From Nitrospirota bacterium (GTDB taxonomy: Bacteria > Nitrospirota > Nitrospiria > Nitrospirales > Nitrospiraceae), in contig CAVPGK010000017.1 of NCBI GenBank assembly GCA_963703955.1, positions 64,001 through 128,000 on the forward strand: a DNA stretch of 64,000 nucleotides, given 5' to 3'. Under the pieces are notes generated by a model, which saw nothing but the letters and a program-made list of their open reading frames with translations, searched no databases and was not told the DNA's origin. A program made the position numbers and the translations under genes. Positions 48,122-58,260 of this stretch are shown here, piece after piece; the first letter of the stretch is position 1, and each line of letters begins with the position of its first letter.

Positions 48122-49810
48122 ATGAGCACCAATGACAAGCAGGTCATTTTTTCATTGATTGGCGTTGGGCGGGTGCATCCACCCAAAAAGCAGGTGCTGA
48201 AGGACATTTACCTGTCTTTTTACTACGGGGCCAAGATCGGCGTGCTGGGGCTGAACGGATCCGGCAAGAGCACCCTGCTGCGAATCATCGGTGGGGTAGA
48301 CAAGGACTACCTCGGCGAGATCACGATGTCCAAAGGTTACACGGTCGGGCTCCTGGAGCAGGAGCCGCAGCTCGACAAGAACAAGACGGTGAAGGAGATC
48401 GTCGAGGAAGGGCGCAAGGACGTCATCAGCCTGTTGCGGGAGTACGAGGCTGTCAGCAACAAGCTCGGCGAGAATCTCTCGCCCGACGAGATGGAGAAAC
48501 TGCTGGAGAAGCAGAGTCACCTTCAAGAACAGATCGAGAACGCCAATGGCTGGGAGTTGGAGAACGAACTCGAGGTGGCCATGGACGCCCTTCGCTGTCC
48601 GCCTCCGCAAACGAAGATCGACATCCTGTCGGGCGGGGAACGGCGCCGCGTGGCGCTCTGCCGGCTGCTGATTCAGGAACCGGATATTCTCTTGCTGGAC
48701 GAGCCGACGAACCATCTCGACGCCGAGTCCGTCCAATGGCTGGAGCAACACCTGCAGCAGTACAAGGGCACGGTGATTGCCGTGACCCACGACCGCTATT
48801 TTCTCGACAATGTCGCAGGCTGGATTCTGGAACTGGATCGCGGGCAGGGCATTCCCTTTCAAGGGAATTACTCCTCCTGGCTGGAACAGAAGCAGGCGCG
48901 GCTGGAAAAAGAGGAAAAGGCGGAATCGAAACGGCGGAAGACGCTGGAGCGGGAGTTGGAATGGATCCGCATGTCGCCGAAGGGCCGCCACGCCAAGGGC
49001 AAGGCCCGCATCACGCGGTATGAACAGATGCTGGGCGACGAGCAAGACCAGACGGCGGAGGAGTTGGAGATCTATATTCCCGCCGGCCCGCGTCTCGGCG
49101 ATGTCGTGGTAGAAGCCAAGGATGTCGCCAAGGCCTATGGCGAGAAGGTGCTGTTCGAGAATCTGAATTTCGACCTACCGCGCGGCGGGATCGTCGGGGT
49201 CATCGGGCCCAACGGCGCCGGGAAAACGACGCTGTTCAGGATGATCGTCGGCAAGGAAAAGCCGGACGCCGGTTCATTTAAGGTCGGGGAGACCGTTGTC
49301 CTGGGATACGTCGATCAGGACCGGACGCTGGAGGGGAACAAGACCGTCTGGGAAGTCATCTCCGACGGCAAGGACACGATCAACTTGGGGAAAAGCGAGA
49401 CCAACTCGCGCGCCTACTGCGGGCGATTCAACTTCGGCGGGTCGGATCAGCAGAAGAAGGTGAAGGACCTGTCGGGTGGCGAGCGCAATCGCGTGCATCT
49501 CGCGCGCATGTTGAAGGAAGGGGCGAACTTGATCTTGTTGGACGAGCCCACCAACGACTTGGATGTGAACACCCTGCGGGCGCTCGAAGAAGGGCTCGAG
49601 CGATTCGGCGGCTGCTGCATGGTGAGCAGCCACGACCGCTGGTTCCTGGACCGCATCGCCACCCACATCCTGGCGTTCGAAGGTGACAGCCAGGTGGTCT
49701 GGTTCGACGGCAACTACAGCGAGTATGAAGCCGATCGCAAGAGACGGTTGGGCAAAGAAGCCGACCGGCCTCACCGAATTCGGTACCGGAAGCTGACGCG
49801 GAGTTCATAG
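48122..49810 (+). CDS. ettA: Energy-dependent translational throttle ABC-F protein
   Basis: Two ABC domains; GAKIGVLGLNGSGKS; ELEWIR linker. Confidence 0.96.
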   Translation: MSTNDKQVIFSLIGVGRVHPPKKQVLKDIYLSFYYGAKIGVLGLNGSGKSTLLRIIGGVDKDYLGEITMSKGYTVGLLEQEPQLDKNKTVKEIVEEGRKDVISLLREYEAVSNKLGENLSPDEMEKLLEKQSHLQEQIENANGWELENELEVAMDALRCPPPQTKIDILSGGERRRVALCRLLIQEPDILLLDEPTNHLDAESVQWLEQHLQQYKGTVIAVTHDRYFLDNVAGWILELDRGQGIPFQGNYSSWLEQKQARLEKEEKAESKRRKTLERELEWIRMSPKGRHAKGKARITRYEQMLGDEQDQTAEELEIYIPAGPRLGDVVVEAKDVAKAYGEKVLFENLNFDLPRGGIVGVIGPNGAGKTTLFRMIVGKEKPDAGSFKVGETVVLGYVDQDRTLEGNKTVWEVISDGKDTINLGKSETNSRAYCGRFNFGGSDQQKKVKDLSGGERNRVHLARMLKEGANLILLDEPTNDLDVNTLRALEEGLERFGGCCMVSSHDRWFLDRIATHILAFEGDSQVVWFDGNYSEYEADRKRRLGKEADRPHRIRYRKLTRSS

Positions 49811-49908
49811 ACGATTAGCAGATATTTCCCGAGCTTCAACCTAGCCGCCCACTGTGGCTCGCCGGATTGCCGATGGTGCATAGGTCTTCACGGCGAAGGT
49901 CTTTTCGA

Positions 49909-50073
49909 CTAGATCAAGGCCTGGCTCTCCTCTCTCACCGCAGGCTTCCGATTCCGTTGGATGGTCTCGTCGGTGACTGAGCCGCAGTTGAGGCACCGCC
50001 AGACATAGGCTTCGTCCAGCTCATCCGCCAGCCACTCCTTCACCGTTAGGCCGTTGCATTTCCAGCATTCCAT
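49909..50073 (-). CDS. 54-aa CxxC...W.CxxCG Zn-ribbon protein, below ORF-track cutoff
   Basis: MECWKCNGLTVKEW...WRCLNCGSVTD; GAGGAGG RBS. Confidence 0.75.
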   Translation of the reverse strand: MECWKCNGLTVKEWLADELDEAYVWRCLNCGSVTDETIQRNRKPAVREESQALI

Positions 50074-50305
50074 GGTCGCCTCCTCTTGCGTTGAGACGTT
50101 CGCCGGTCATGCCCGCGATCATTTGAGCGCAACCGTAGCAAGGGAAGATGAGAGGATGATTAGGAGAATATTAAAACTTTCTAATTTACATAACCTAGGT
50201 GCGTATACAGTTGCCGGCGGCCATTCCTGTCGTGATGACGACGGAATTCGGCTCTGGGGAATTTGTTCAGCATAAGAGAATTGACAATGTTTATAATGAA
50301 GGGTC

Positions 50306-50719
50306 ATGAACCACGACGAGCAGGCTCCGTCTCACCCGACGCGGGAGCCGAAGACCATTCTGGTCGTCGACGATGAAGCGAAGATGCGACAGATTCTTCG
50401 CATTGGGCTGACTGCGCATGGCTTTCATGTTCTTGAGGCTGAGAACGGTCAAGAAGCCCTCCGTATCTGCAAAGAACATGAAGGGCCCATCCACCTGATG
50501 TTAGCGGATGTGGTGATGCCGGGAATGAGTGGGGTAGAACTTGCGCCGCGGGTCAAAGCCTTGGTGCCGGAAGTCCAGGTGATTCTAATGTCGGGTCACC
50601 ACGATGACCAAATTCTCCTGCATGCGTCCTTGAATCCCAACATGCCGTTTTTCCACAAACCGTTTACCTTGGACGCGCTGGTGCAGACGATATGGGAGGT
50701 ACTCAAGATCCCGACCTGA
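50306..50719 (+). CDS. Single-domain response regulator
   Basis: ILVVDD, DVVMPGMSG, KPF. Confidence 0.92.
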   Translation: MNHDEQAPSHPTREPKTILVVDDEAKMRQILRIGLTAHGFHVLEAENGQEALRICKEHEGPIHLMLADVVMPGMSGVELAPRVKALVPEVQVILMSGHHDDQILLHASLNPNMPFFHKPFTLDALVQTIWEVLKIPT

Positions 50720-50798
50720 CCCAACGGCGCGGCTTGCTGCTCAGGAAACCTCATGCTAAGATGTCGCTCTTTTGCACTCGCGATGAGATGCGTGACGC

Positions 50799-50888
50799 GG
50801 AGAGGTGCGAGAGCGGCCGAATCGGCGTGCCTGGAGAGCACGTGTGCTGGCAACGGCACCGTGGGTTCAAATCCCACCCTCTCCGCCA
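50799..50888 (+). tRNA. tRNA-Ser(GGA)
   Basis: Cloverleaf with long variable arm, anticodon GGA, 3' CCA. Confidence 0.95.
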
Positions 50889-50890
50889 AA

Positions 50891-51043
50891 ATAGAATAAT
50901 TCCGTCGGATGGGATTTGAACCGGGGTTGTGAAGGGGGTACGCCCCCTTCACGGGGAGCAACGCGAGGGGCTCGCTCCCCTTGCTGGAGCGCGTGTGCAG
51001 CGCACGGAAAGCGCAACTTCAAATTCCCACCCTCTCCGCCAAA
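50891..51043. mobile_element. Mini-element at tRNA-Ser 3' end flanked by a direct repeat
   Basis: TTCAAAT(T)CCCACCCTCTCCGCCAAA at 50866 and 51018; internal hairpins. Confidence 0.6.
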
Positions 51044-51112
51044 CCGAACGTATGGTACCGGTCGCGTCATGATGGTCATGTGACGCGATAATGCCTCCAT
51101 GACTGAGTATAA

Positions 51113-51213
51113 GGGGCTGGGCCCTGTGCAACAGAATCCTGTGAACCCCGCCAGGTCCGGAAGGAAGCAACGGTAAGCAGGGCAGTCTGTGTGCCGCGGG
51201 ATCACCTGGCCCC
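51113..51213 (+). ncRNA. ffs: SRP 4.5S RNA
   Basis: CAGGTCCGGAAGGAAGCA domain IV motif, terminal stem, T-run; upstream of dnaX. Confidence 0.95.
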
Positions 51214-51222
51214 GTTTTTTTT

Positions 51223-51356
51223 CAGGATGCTGAAAAGGTCTCTCGCTTGTTATTGGCTCGAAAAAATCTTCAACGCAGCCCAGAGGCTACCCTTACGGGA
51301 AGGAGGGCCTTTGGAGCGCTCAGGACGCCGGATGCAAATGAGCTTTTGAGCATCTG
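51223..51356. mobile_element. MITE-like element
   Basis: Imperfect TIR CAGGATGCTGAAAAG / CTTTTGAGCATCTG; same ends as 53609-53820. Confidence 0.55.
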
Positions 51357-51412
51357 AGAGCATTGAGCAGAGAATTATCTTTTAGGAACGATTAACGGTT
51401 AACAACAAGCCT

Positions 51413-53278
51413 ATGGACTATCAGGTTTCTGCACGGAAATATCGACCGGGAACCTTTCACGAGGTCATTGGCCAGCCGCACGTCGTGCAAACGCTCGTGA
51501 ACGCGATCACGACTCGGCGAATCGCCCACGCCTTTCTCTTTTCCGGCACGCGCGGAGTCGGAAAGACCACAGTGGCGCGCATTCTCGCCAAGGCCCTGAA
51601 CTGCGAGCGAGGCCCCACCGGCACGCCGTGTGAGGCCTGTCCTAACTGCGTTGAGATCACTCAAGGGACATCCGTCGACGTCATTGAGATCGACGGAGCG
51701 TCCAATACCGGCGTGGACGACGTACGAGAAATCCGAGAGAACGTCAAGTTCACGCCGTTTCGCGGTGGGTATCGCGTCTACATCATCGATGAAGTGCACA
51801 TGCTGTCTAATTCCGCCTTCAACGCGCTGCTCAAAACGCTGGAGGAACCGCCAGCGCACGTTGTCTTCATTTTCGCCACTACGGAAATCCATAAAATTCC
51901 TGCGACCATTCTCTCGCGGTGCCAGCATTTTAATTTCCGAAGGATTTCCACTTCTGAAATCATCCGCCGCCTGCGTCACGTGGCTGAGCAAGACGCGATC
52001 CTCGTTGAGGACCGCAGCCTGGCCATCATTGCCCGAGCCAGTGAAGGCAGCATGCGTGACAGCCTCAGCCTTCTCGATCAAGCGGTCGCGTTCGGCGGAA
52101 AGACGGTCCGACATGGCGATCTGGAATCCCTTTTGGGGTCTGTTCCCCAAGAACAGGTGCGAGCGCTGATTGCCGCCATCATTGCCCACGACAGCCCGGC
52201 GGCGTTGCGTGTCATTGCGCAGCTCCTCGAATGCGGTCATGACCTGCGCGCCTACTGCAGTGAGATCGTCGAATATGCGCGAAACTTGTTGGTTGCCTCC
52301 GTAGTACCGACTCCTCAGGCTCCTCAGGGATTGCAGGATCTCCGCGGGTTGATTGAGCTCGCCGAAGAAGACCTCCGGCAGGTTGTCACAGATGCAAGGG
52401 CATTCACGGCCGATCAACTTCAGGACTTGTTTAGAATTTTCTCTCAGGCAGAAGACGGGATCCGTCTGAGCCCCCACCCCCGCTTCGTTCTGGAAGCAGC
52501 TGCGGTGCGAGCGACTCACCTCTTGCGGGTTCCTGTTGTGACGACTGCTGCCCCGCAGCCCATGACAGAACCGAGTCCGGGCTCGGACCGAAGTCGTGTG
52601 GGAAGCTTCTCCAAGGTGCACACTGAGGTGGATACCGCCTCACCCACGCCAGCTCCTGCGCCCATGGAGGCTACGCGTCCAACCGCTTCGCCGACAGCCG
52701 CGACAAGACCTTCCCACGAAACATCTTCACGGCTGGGAGTCCCCTCACGCGCACCATCCGGCACCACGCAGGCCGAGCCACCGACGTCGGCATCATCCGC
52801 ATCCACCATGCGTCCACTCTTGAGGACGCCTCAGGCGCCGTCACCGGGTCATCAATCGCATGTGACCCTTGCCTGGGAGCGGGTTGTGGAGCAGGTCGAA
52901 CGGAGGCATCCCAACATCGCTCCGTTTTTGGCCGCGGGGACGCTCTTGAGCATCGAGGGGAACCGAATCTCAATTGGGTATCCGAAAACAGCTTCGATCG
53001 CCCTCACCAGAGTTCAGAAAGAGGAGACGCGGCGGCTCGTGACAGATATCTGCACCGAGTTGGCCGGTCAACTTGTTTCGGTCCACGTGCTCGAACTTCC
53101 GGATGGCGAGCCCGCTCCGCCGAGCCTGGCGCAATTGCGCGCCGCGAAGAAACAGAGCGAGAAAGACTCGCTCTTAGCGCAGGCCCGATCCCACCCATTA
53201 GTGAAGCATACCTTGGAAATCTTCGGCGGCGACCTGATCGAGGTCCGCCCGACATCACCTCAAGAGGAGACACGCTGA
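51413..53278 (+). CDS. dnaX: DNA polymerase III gamma/tau
   Basis: ARKYRP, GTRGVGKTT, IIDEVHML, SRC. Confidence 0.97.
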   Translation: MDYQVSARKYRPGTFHEVIGQPHVVQTLVNAITTRRIAHAFLFSGTRGVGKTTVARILAKALNCERGPTGTPCEACPNCVEITQGTSVDVIEIDGASNTGVDDVREIRENVKFTPFRGGYRVYIIDEVHMLSNSAFNALLKTLEEPPAHVVFIFATTEIHKIPATILSRCQHFNFRRISTSEIIRRLRHVAEQDAILVEDRSLAIIARASEGSMRDSLSLLDQAVAFGGKTVRHGDLESLLGSVPQEQVRALIAAIIAHDSPAALRVIAQLLECGHDLRAYCSEIVEYARNLLVASVVPTPQAPQGLQDLRGLIELAEEDLRQVVTDARAFTADQLQDLFRIFSQAEDGIRLSPHPRFVLEAAAVRATHLLRVPVVTTAAPQPMTEPSPGSDRSRVGSFSKVHTEVDTASPTPAPAPMEATRPTASPTAATRPSHETSSRLGVPSRAPSGTTQAEPPTSASSASTMRPLLRTPQAPSPGHQSHVTLAWERVVEQVERRHPNIAPFLAAGTLLSIEGNRISIGYPKTASIALTRVQKEETRRLVTDICTELAGQLVSVHVLELPDGEPAPPSLAQLRAAKKQSEKDSLLAQARSHPLVKHTLEIFGGDLIEVRPTSPQEETR

Positions 53279-53604
53279 TGTCAAAGAATCCGTTCGGCAA
53301 TATGGGCAATATCATGAAGCAAGCACAAGCGATGCAAGAACAGTTGGCGAAGATCCAAGAAGAAGCGGCCCAGAAAACGGTAGAAGGAACTGCCGGTGGG
53401 GGAATGGTCACGGTCACGGTCAACGGCGCCATGCAGGTGGTCGGGGCCAGGATCGATCCCGAGGTGCTCAAATCAGGTGACGTCGACATGCTTCAGGATC
53501 TAATTGTCGCGGCGGCAGGGGAAGCCCAGCGCAAGGCTCGCGAGATGATGGCGGATCAGATGAAGTCTGTGACGGGCGGGCTTCACATCCCCGGTCTGTT
53601 CTGA
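53278..53604 (+). CDS. ybaB: YbaB/EbfC nucleoid-associated protein
   Basis: GGGMVTVTVNG, DLIVAA; lies between dnaX and recR. Confidence 0.95.
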   Translation: MSKNPFGNMGNIMKQAQAMQEQLAKIQEEAAQKTVEGTAGGGMVTVTVNGAMQVVGARIDPEVLKSGDVDMLQDLIVAAAGEAQRKAREMMADQMKSVTGGLHIPGLF

Positions 53605-53608
53605 TTGG

Positions 53609-53820
53609 CAAGATGCTGAAAAAGCTCCCCAGCTTCGTTCTCAGGATTGCAAGGAACCCGGCCGCCTCACAAAGACACTGCCCGCTCACGACTCGCGGGC
53701 GTGCGCAAACGTCGGGCTCCTTCTCCAGATTTTTCTTCCCTGCGGCCTCGCCCGAGAAGGAGCGCGTCTTGGCGCGCTTGGGGTGGGCCGGGTGCAATAG
53801 ATACCCTTTTGAGCATCTTG
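53609..53820. mobile_element. MITE-like element between ybaB and recR
   Basis: TIR CAAGATGCTGAAAA / TTTTGAGCATCTTG. Confidence 0.7.
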
Positions 53821-53851
53821 AAGTGAATACGCTCGTGAGATACGAAAACGG

Positions 53852-54454
53852 ATGAGCATCGATCAAAATGGACTGCTGATCCGGCTCATCCGGGAATTGG
53901 TCAGGTTGCCGGGGATCGGCCAGAAGACGGCGCAACGTCTGGCGTTCCATGTCCTCAAGGCCGAACGGGAGGAGGCCCTTCGGCTGGCGGACGCGATCAG
54001 GGCGGTGAAGGAAGGCCTGTCCTTTTGTCAGCAATGCCGCAATATTGCTGAGGGGGAATTGTGTGAGTTTTGCCTTGACCCGAAACGTGACCACACGAAA
54101 ATTCTTGTGGTGGAAGAGCCCAGCACGCTGTATGCCATCGAGCGAGCCGGTGGGTTCCGAGGCCTCTATCACGTCTTGCTTGGTTCGCTCTCCCCACTTG
54201 ATGGAGTCGGCCCGGCAGATATCCGCGCGCAAGACCTAGCGGATCGAGTGAAAGAAGGAGGGATTCAAGAGGTCATTCTCGCAACGAGTCCGACGATCGA
54301 AGGAGAAGCCACGGCCATTTATCTGACCAAGCTCATCAAGCCCTACGGAGCGCGAGTGTCACGGATCGCGTATGGCATCCCGGTGGGCATGGATATCGAG
54401 TATGCCGATGAAGTGACGTTGATCAAGTCGATCGAGGGTCGCCGGGAACTCTGA
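53852..54454 (+). CDS. recR: Recombination mediator RecR
   Basis: LPGIGQKTAQRLA, C4 Zn finger, Toprim EGEATA. Confidence 0.97.
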   Translation: MSIDQNGLLIRLIRELVRLPGIGQKTAQRLAFHVLKAEREEALRLADAIRAVKEGLSFCQQCRNIAEGELCEFCLDPKRDHTKILVVEEPSTLYAIERAGGFRGLYHVLLGSLSPLDGVGPADIRAQDLADRVKEGGIQEVILATSPTIEGEATAIYLTKLIKPYGARVSRIAYGIPVGMDIEYADEVTLIKSIEGRREL

Positions 54455-54498
54455 TTTGGTCAACCTGATATGGCCACGGACAGGCGCTCGCTCTTGCA

Positions 54499-54527
54499 TT
54501 GACGCTAATCCGGCAGACTGTTATAGT
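54499..54527 (+). promoter_or_regulatory. sigma70 promoter of dksA
   Basis: TTGACG-17-TATAGT with extended TG. Confidence 0.65.
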
Positions 54528-54559
54528 GACCGGGTTTGTTTGAAGCCTAAGAGGGATCG

Positions 54560-54985
54560 ATGCCAAAAAGCGCGACAAAAGCAGCCCGGCCGAAGCGTGC
54601 TCCCAAGCGCGCGGCAAAGAAAAGGAAGCCGGCCCCTAATCGGTACGAAACTATCCGCGCCGATCTTCAACGTCAACGCGTTGAGCTTCTCAATGAAGCC
54701 GGCGAAGCGCTCACCAACAGGCAAGAGATCGAAGCGTTTCCGGATCTGAGTGACCAGGCCACAGCAGAAGTGGATCAAAATTTTGAGCTGCGGCTCAAAG
54801 AGCGACACCAAAAGCTACTCAAGAAAATCGACGAGGCGTTGGATCGGATGGCGACCAATACCTATGGAATCTGCGAGCGGTGTGGCGATGAGATCCCATT
54901 TAAACGCCTGAAGGCCCGCCCCGTCACCACCTTGTGCATTGAATGTAAGACCCTGCAGGAGGAGGAGGAGAAGATTCGGCGGTAA
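54560..54985 (+). CDS. dksA: DksA/TraR family protein
   Basis: DLSDQA, YGICERCG, RLKARP, CIEC. Confidence 0.93.
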   Translation: MPKSATKAARPKRAPKRAAKKRKPAPNRYETIRADLQRQRVELLNEAGEALTNRQEIEAFPDLSDQATAEVDQNFELRLKERHQKLLKKIDEALDRMATNTYGICERCGDEIPFKRLKARPVTTLCIECKTLQEEEEKIRR

Positions 54986-55000
54986 GCCTTTTCCATCCGC

Positions 55001-56164
55001 CTATCGACGTAACGCCTTGACCCGCTCTTGAGCTTTGGTAGCTCGCGCTGCTTCCTCAGGAACTCCTTTAACCAGAGCAAGATACGTTTCATACTCCGAG
55101 ACAGCTCGCTTAGTATTGATCGGTTCATACGCTTCAGCCAGATTGTATCGCGCAATGGGATAATTCGGTCTGAGGGCGACCGCCTTCTCGAACATTCTCA
55201 TAGCGTTCTCACGGTCTCCTAGCTTGGTGAAGACGGTCCCCAAGTTGTTTAAGACCTCCGGCGTGTTGGGGCGGATCTTCAAAGATTCCTGCATTTCGGC
55301 TTTCGCTTCTTCAAGTCGTCCTTGTCCTTCCAGCGCCAGCCCTAAGCGATGATGGGCTTCGGCAACCCAGACCTTGTCGGTAAACCCGTGAGCTATCGCC
55401 TTGCGATAGGCATCAGCCGCCTGGTCGTAATTCCGATCGCCACAATACGCCAATTGAGCAGATTGCCCCCTGGCAAATTGCTGAAGCGAGGGAAATGGCT
55501 CCTTGGTTTCCGCGCCCTTCAGACCTGGAGAGGAACTACTCTTACTCGTGTGGCTCCCACCCATGCGAGCGAGAAATTCTTGTCGGTAGGGGGAAAGTAA
55601 GGTCGCGTACGGATCGATGGAAAAGGACGCTATCAGCAAGGTCGGATCATCAACATCACCACGCGTAATGTATTGAGTTGTGGTCTTTTCATCCCCGGTC
55701 ATGTAGAGCGCGCTACTGTCCAGGTTCCCGCCACCGAGCAGACTTGCGCCGGTCAGATAAAACTCAGTGGTAGGCTTCAGTTCGGACAGGGTTTGCCGCA
55801 AAACCGGGTAAGGCTTCAATTTGAGACCGGAGGGAAACAGAAACAAGGCTCCCACAAGCAAGCCGTCTTCATCGAAGAAAAAGGCTTCTTCCGAGGCGGT
55901 TTGGCTCTCCTGAAAAGGTACTCGAAGCTCCTCGCCGCTTCCCCATGCTGCCCGACCAATCTGGTGGCCCCGATGCTTTTCGAGAAACGCCTCCTTCTGG
56001 TCGCACAGCCGGGCTGCTTTCAGCAAGGTTAAGTCGGTGGCGGAGGGAGGCAGACGGGACGGCGGGGCTTCGGCGCAGGAAGACAGAAAGAATCCGACTA
56101 CCAAGAAGCTCAGCCCAAAGCCAAGCCAACTCGGTTTCTCAATGAATCCTTGGCTGAAGCGCAT
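55001..56164 (-). CDS. TPR-containing lipoprotein
   Basis: LSSC lipobox; C-terminal TPR motifs. Confidence 0.8.
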   Translation of the reverse strand: MRFSQGFIEKPSWLGFGLSFLVVGFFLSSCAEAPPSRLPPSATDLTLLKAARLCDQKEAFLEKHRGHQIGRAAWGSGEELRVPFQESQTASEEAFFFDEDGLLVGALFLFPSGLKLKPYPVLRQTLSELKPTTEFYLTGASLLGGGNLDSSALYMTGDEKTTTQYITRGDVDDPTLLIASFSIDPYATLLSPYRQEFLARMGGSHTSKSSSSPGLKGAETKEPFPSLQQFARGQSAQLAYCGDRNYDQAADAYRKAIAHGFTDKVWVAEAHHRLGLALEGQGRLEEAKAEMQESLKIRPNTPEVLNNLGTVFTKLGDRENAMRMFEKAVALRPNYPIARYNLAEAYEPINTKRAVSEYETYLALVKGVPEEAARATKAQERVKALRR

Positions 56165-56274
56165 TTCCCAAGAACGGAGAGTCGTCTACGTGGAATGAGC
56201 ATACCGGGCAAGAAACACGGAGGGGGTCGCCCCCGGGCGCGGGAGCGACCCCCTCGGTTGTTCAACCCTTCGTT

Positions 56275-56628
56275 TCAGTAGTTCCCATAATCACGACTAG
56301 GCCGTTGGGCATCAAGGGTGTAATCCTCCGGTGTAAACCCGAAAAGGCTCGAATTGCTCGATCCCAGCGCATACAAGGGGCGATTGACCAGGTAATCAAG
56401 GACCACCCCGACCGGATTTAAGATGAACCCCGCCCAGCGCCATTCATTGTCGTTCAATGGCGATGCGGTGACCGGATCCGAGTAAATGTAGGCGAGGCTA
56501 TCGAGAGGCCATGCTCCGCCGACCTGTTGACCCGGCTGGGTCTCCAAATTACTCGCGGTACTCGCGCATCCACCGGCAAGCCATACGACCATAAGCATCA
56601 TTCCCGCTAGAAGTCGAATCGTCGGCAT
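56275..56628 (-). CDS. Hypothetical lipoprotein
   Basis: LAGGC lipobox; GAGGTG RBS. Confidence 0.7.
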   Translation of the reverse strand: MPTIRLLAGMMLMVVWLAGGCASTASNLETQPGQQVGGAWPLDSLAYIYSDPVTASPLNDNEWRWAGFILNPVGVVLDYLVNRPLYALGSSNSSLFGFTPEDYTLDAQRPSRDYGNY

Positions 56629-56754
56629 CTCCCACCTCACTTTCGATGTCTGTTCATCCCTCGAAAACTGAGGGAAGTCTACCTCGAAAGGCCTCTTTTG
56701 TCCAGCCGAACCAACGCGAGGGGAGCGAACGAGTAGAACCAGAAAATGCGGACA

Positions 56755-56829
56755 TGGTGGGCGATACTGGTATCGAACCAGTGGCCTCTTCCGTGTGAGG
56801 GAAGCGCTCTCCCACTGAGCTAATCGCCC
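56755..56829 (-). tRNA. tRNA-Val(CAC)
   Basis: GGGCGATTAGCTCAG...CTCACAC...GGTTCGATACC...CCA. Confidence 0.95.
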
Positions 56830-56896
56830 ACCGCGCGAACACTCTAGCACTAGGAATCTCGGTCAGTCAACGAAGCATCACCAGTCAGATCGAAGC

Positions 56897-56926
56897 TTGA
56901 CATATTTTTTGAACGATCCTTACAAT
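56897..56926 (+). promoter_or_regulatory. sigma70 promoter of the trmFO operon
   Basis: TTGACA-18-TACAAT. Confidence 0.65.
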
Positions 56927-56943
56927 GCTTTCAGGGAGATGCG

Positions 56944-58260
56944 ATGCGTGATGATGTTGTGGTGATTGGTGGTGGGCTCGCGGGATCGGAAGCGACCTGG
57001 CAAGCAGCCAATCACGGCGCTCGGGTGACGCTATATGAGATGCGTCCCAAAGAGTCCACTCCCGCCCATAAGACCGGGACCCTCGCCGAACTCGTCTGTT
57101 CCAACTCGCTTGGCTCCGACGACATTCTCAACGCGCCCGGAATCCTCAAGGAGGAAATGCGGCGCCTGAATTCGCTGATCATCCGTGTGGCGGACGAAGT
57201 CCGAGTTCCAGCCGGATCAGCGTTGGCCGTTGACCGCGAACAATTTTCTCAGCGGATCACCCAAGCCCTCCAAGAGCACCCGAACGTCCGCATTCTCCAT
57301 GAGGAAGTCAAAGATATTCCAACCGACTGCCTCTGTATCGTTGCTACCGGACCCTTGACGTCCGACAGCATGGCCACTTCCATTAGGAATCTGACTCATT
57401 CCAACAGCTTGTACTTTTTTGACGCGATCTCTCCGATCATCGACGCCGACTCCGTCAATATGGATGTGGCATTCAGAGCGTCCCGTTACGATAAAGGGGG
57501 CCCGGACTATCTCAACTGCCCGATGGATCAGGCCACCTATCAGGCTTTTTACGACGCCCTCATGAAGGCCGAGAAGGTCCACCCGAAGGATTTTGAGAGG
57601 ATCCCGTACTTTGAAAGCTGCATTCCCATTGAGGTCATGGCGGAGCGGGGAATTCAGACGATGCTCTTCGGTCCCTTGAAACCGGTCGGATTGGAGGACC
57701 CTCACACACACGGCCGCCATCACGCGGTCGTTCAGCTCAGGGCCGAGAACGCGCACGGCACGGCGTACAACATGGTCGGTTTTCAAACCAAGCTCACCTA
57801 TCCGGAACAGCGGCGGGTGTTCCGCATGATTCCCGGTCTGGAGGAGGCGGAGTTTCTTCGATACGGAAGTCTGCATCGCAATACCTTCATCAACTCGCCC
57901 CTCCTGCTCAGGGAGACCTTACAGCTCAAGGCGCGCGGCACGGCATTTTTCGCGGGCCAGCTTGTCGGGGTGGAAGGCTACACGGAGTCGGCCGCCATGG
58001 GAGGCATGGCCGGAATCAACGCCGCCAGAGGCATGAACGGACTTCAACCGCTGACACCGCCGCCCACGACAGCCCACGGCAGCCTCATCACCTACATCAC
58101 GACCAGTGAACCGCGTCATTTTCAACCGATGAACACAAACTTCGGCCTGTTTCCGCCGTTGCCGATCAGTCTCAAGGACAAGAAGGAAAAGCGTAGTCGG
58201 ATCGGTCAGCGTGCGCTGGAGGATCTGGAAACATGGAAGACGCGATTCGGGCTTTCGTGA
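56944..58260 (+). CDS. trmFO: tRNA (uracil-54) methyltransferase TrmFO
   Basis: GGGLAGSEA, ELVCSNS, VGFQTKL, GVEGYTES. Confidence 0.96.
   Translation: MRDDVVVIGGGLAGSEATWQAANHGARVTLYEMRPKESTPAHKTGTLAELVCSNSLGSDDILNAPGILKEEMRRLNSLIIRVADEVRVPAGSALAVDREQFSQRITQALQEHPNVRILHEEVKDIPTDCLCIVATGPLTSDSMATSIRNLTHSNSLYFFDAISPIIDADSVNMDVAFRASRYDKGGPDYLNCPMDQATYQAFYDALMKAEKVHPKDFERIPYFESCIPIEVMAERGIQTMLFGPLKPVGLEDPHTHGRHHAVVQLRAENAHGTAYNMVGFQTKLTYPEQRRVFRMIPGLEEAEFLRYGSLHRNTFINSPLLLRETLQLKARGTAFFAGQLVGVEGYTESAAMGGMAGINAARGMNGLQPLTPPPTTAHGSLITYITTSEPRHFQPMNTNFGLFPPLPISLKDKKEKRSRIGQRALEDLETWKTRFGLS

Noticed and set aside
50281..50297. Perfect TTGACA and TATAAT hexamers
   Set aside because: Only 5 bp apart, so not a valid -35/-10 pair
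51413..53278. Programmed -1 frameshift in dnaX
   Set aside because: No AAAAAAG slippery site seen; the Pro/Thr/Ser-rich stretch is an ordinary linker
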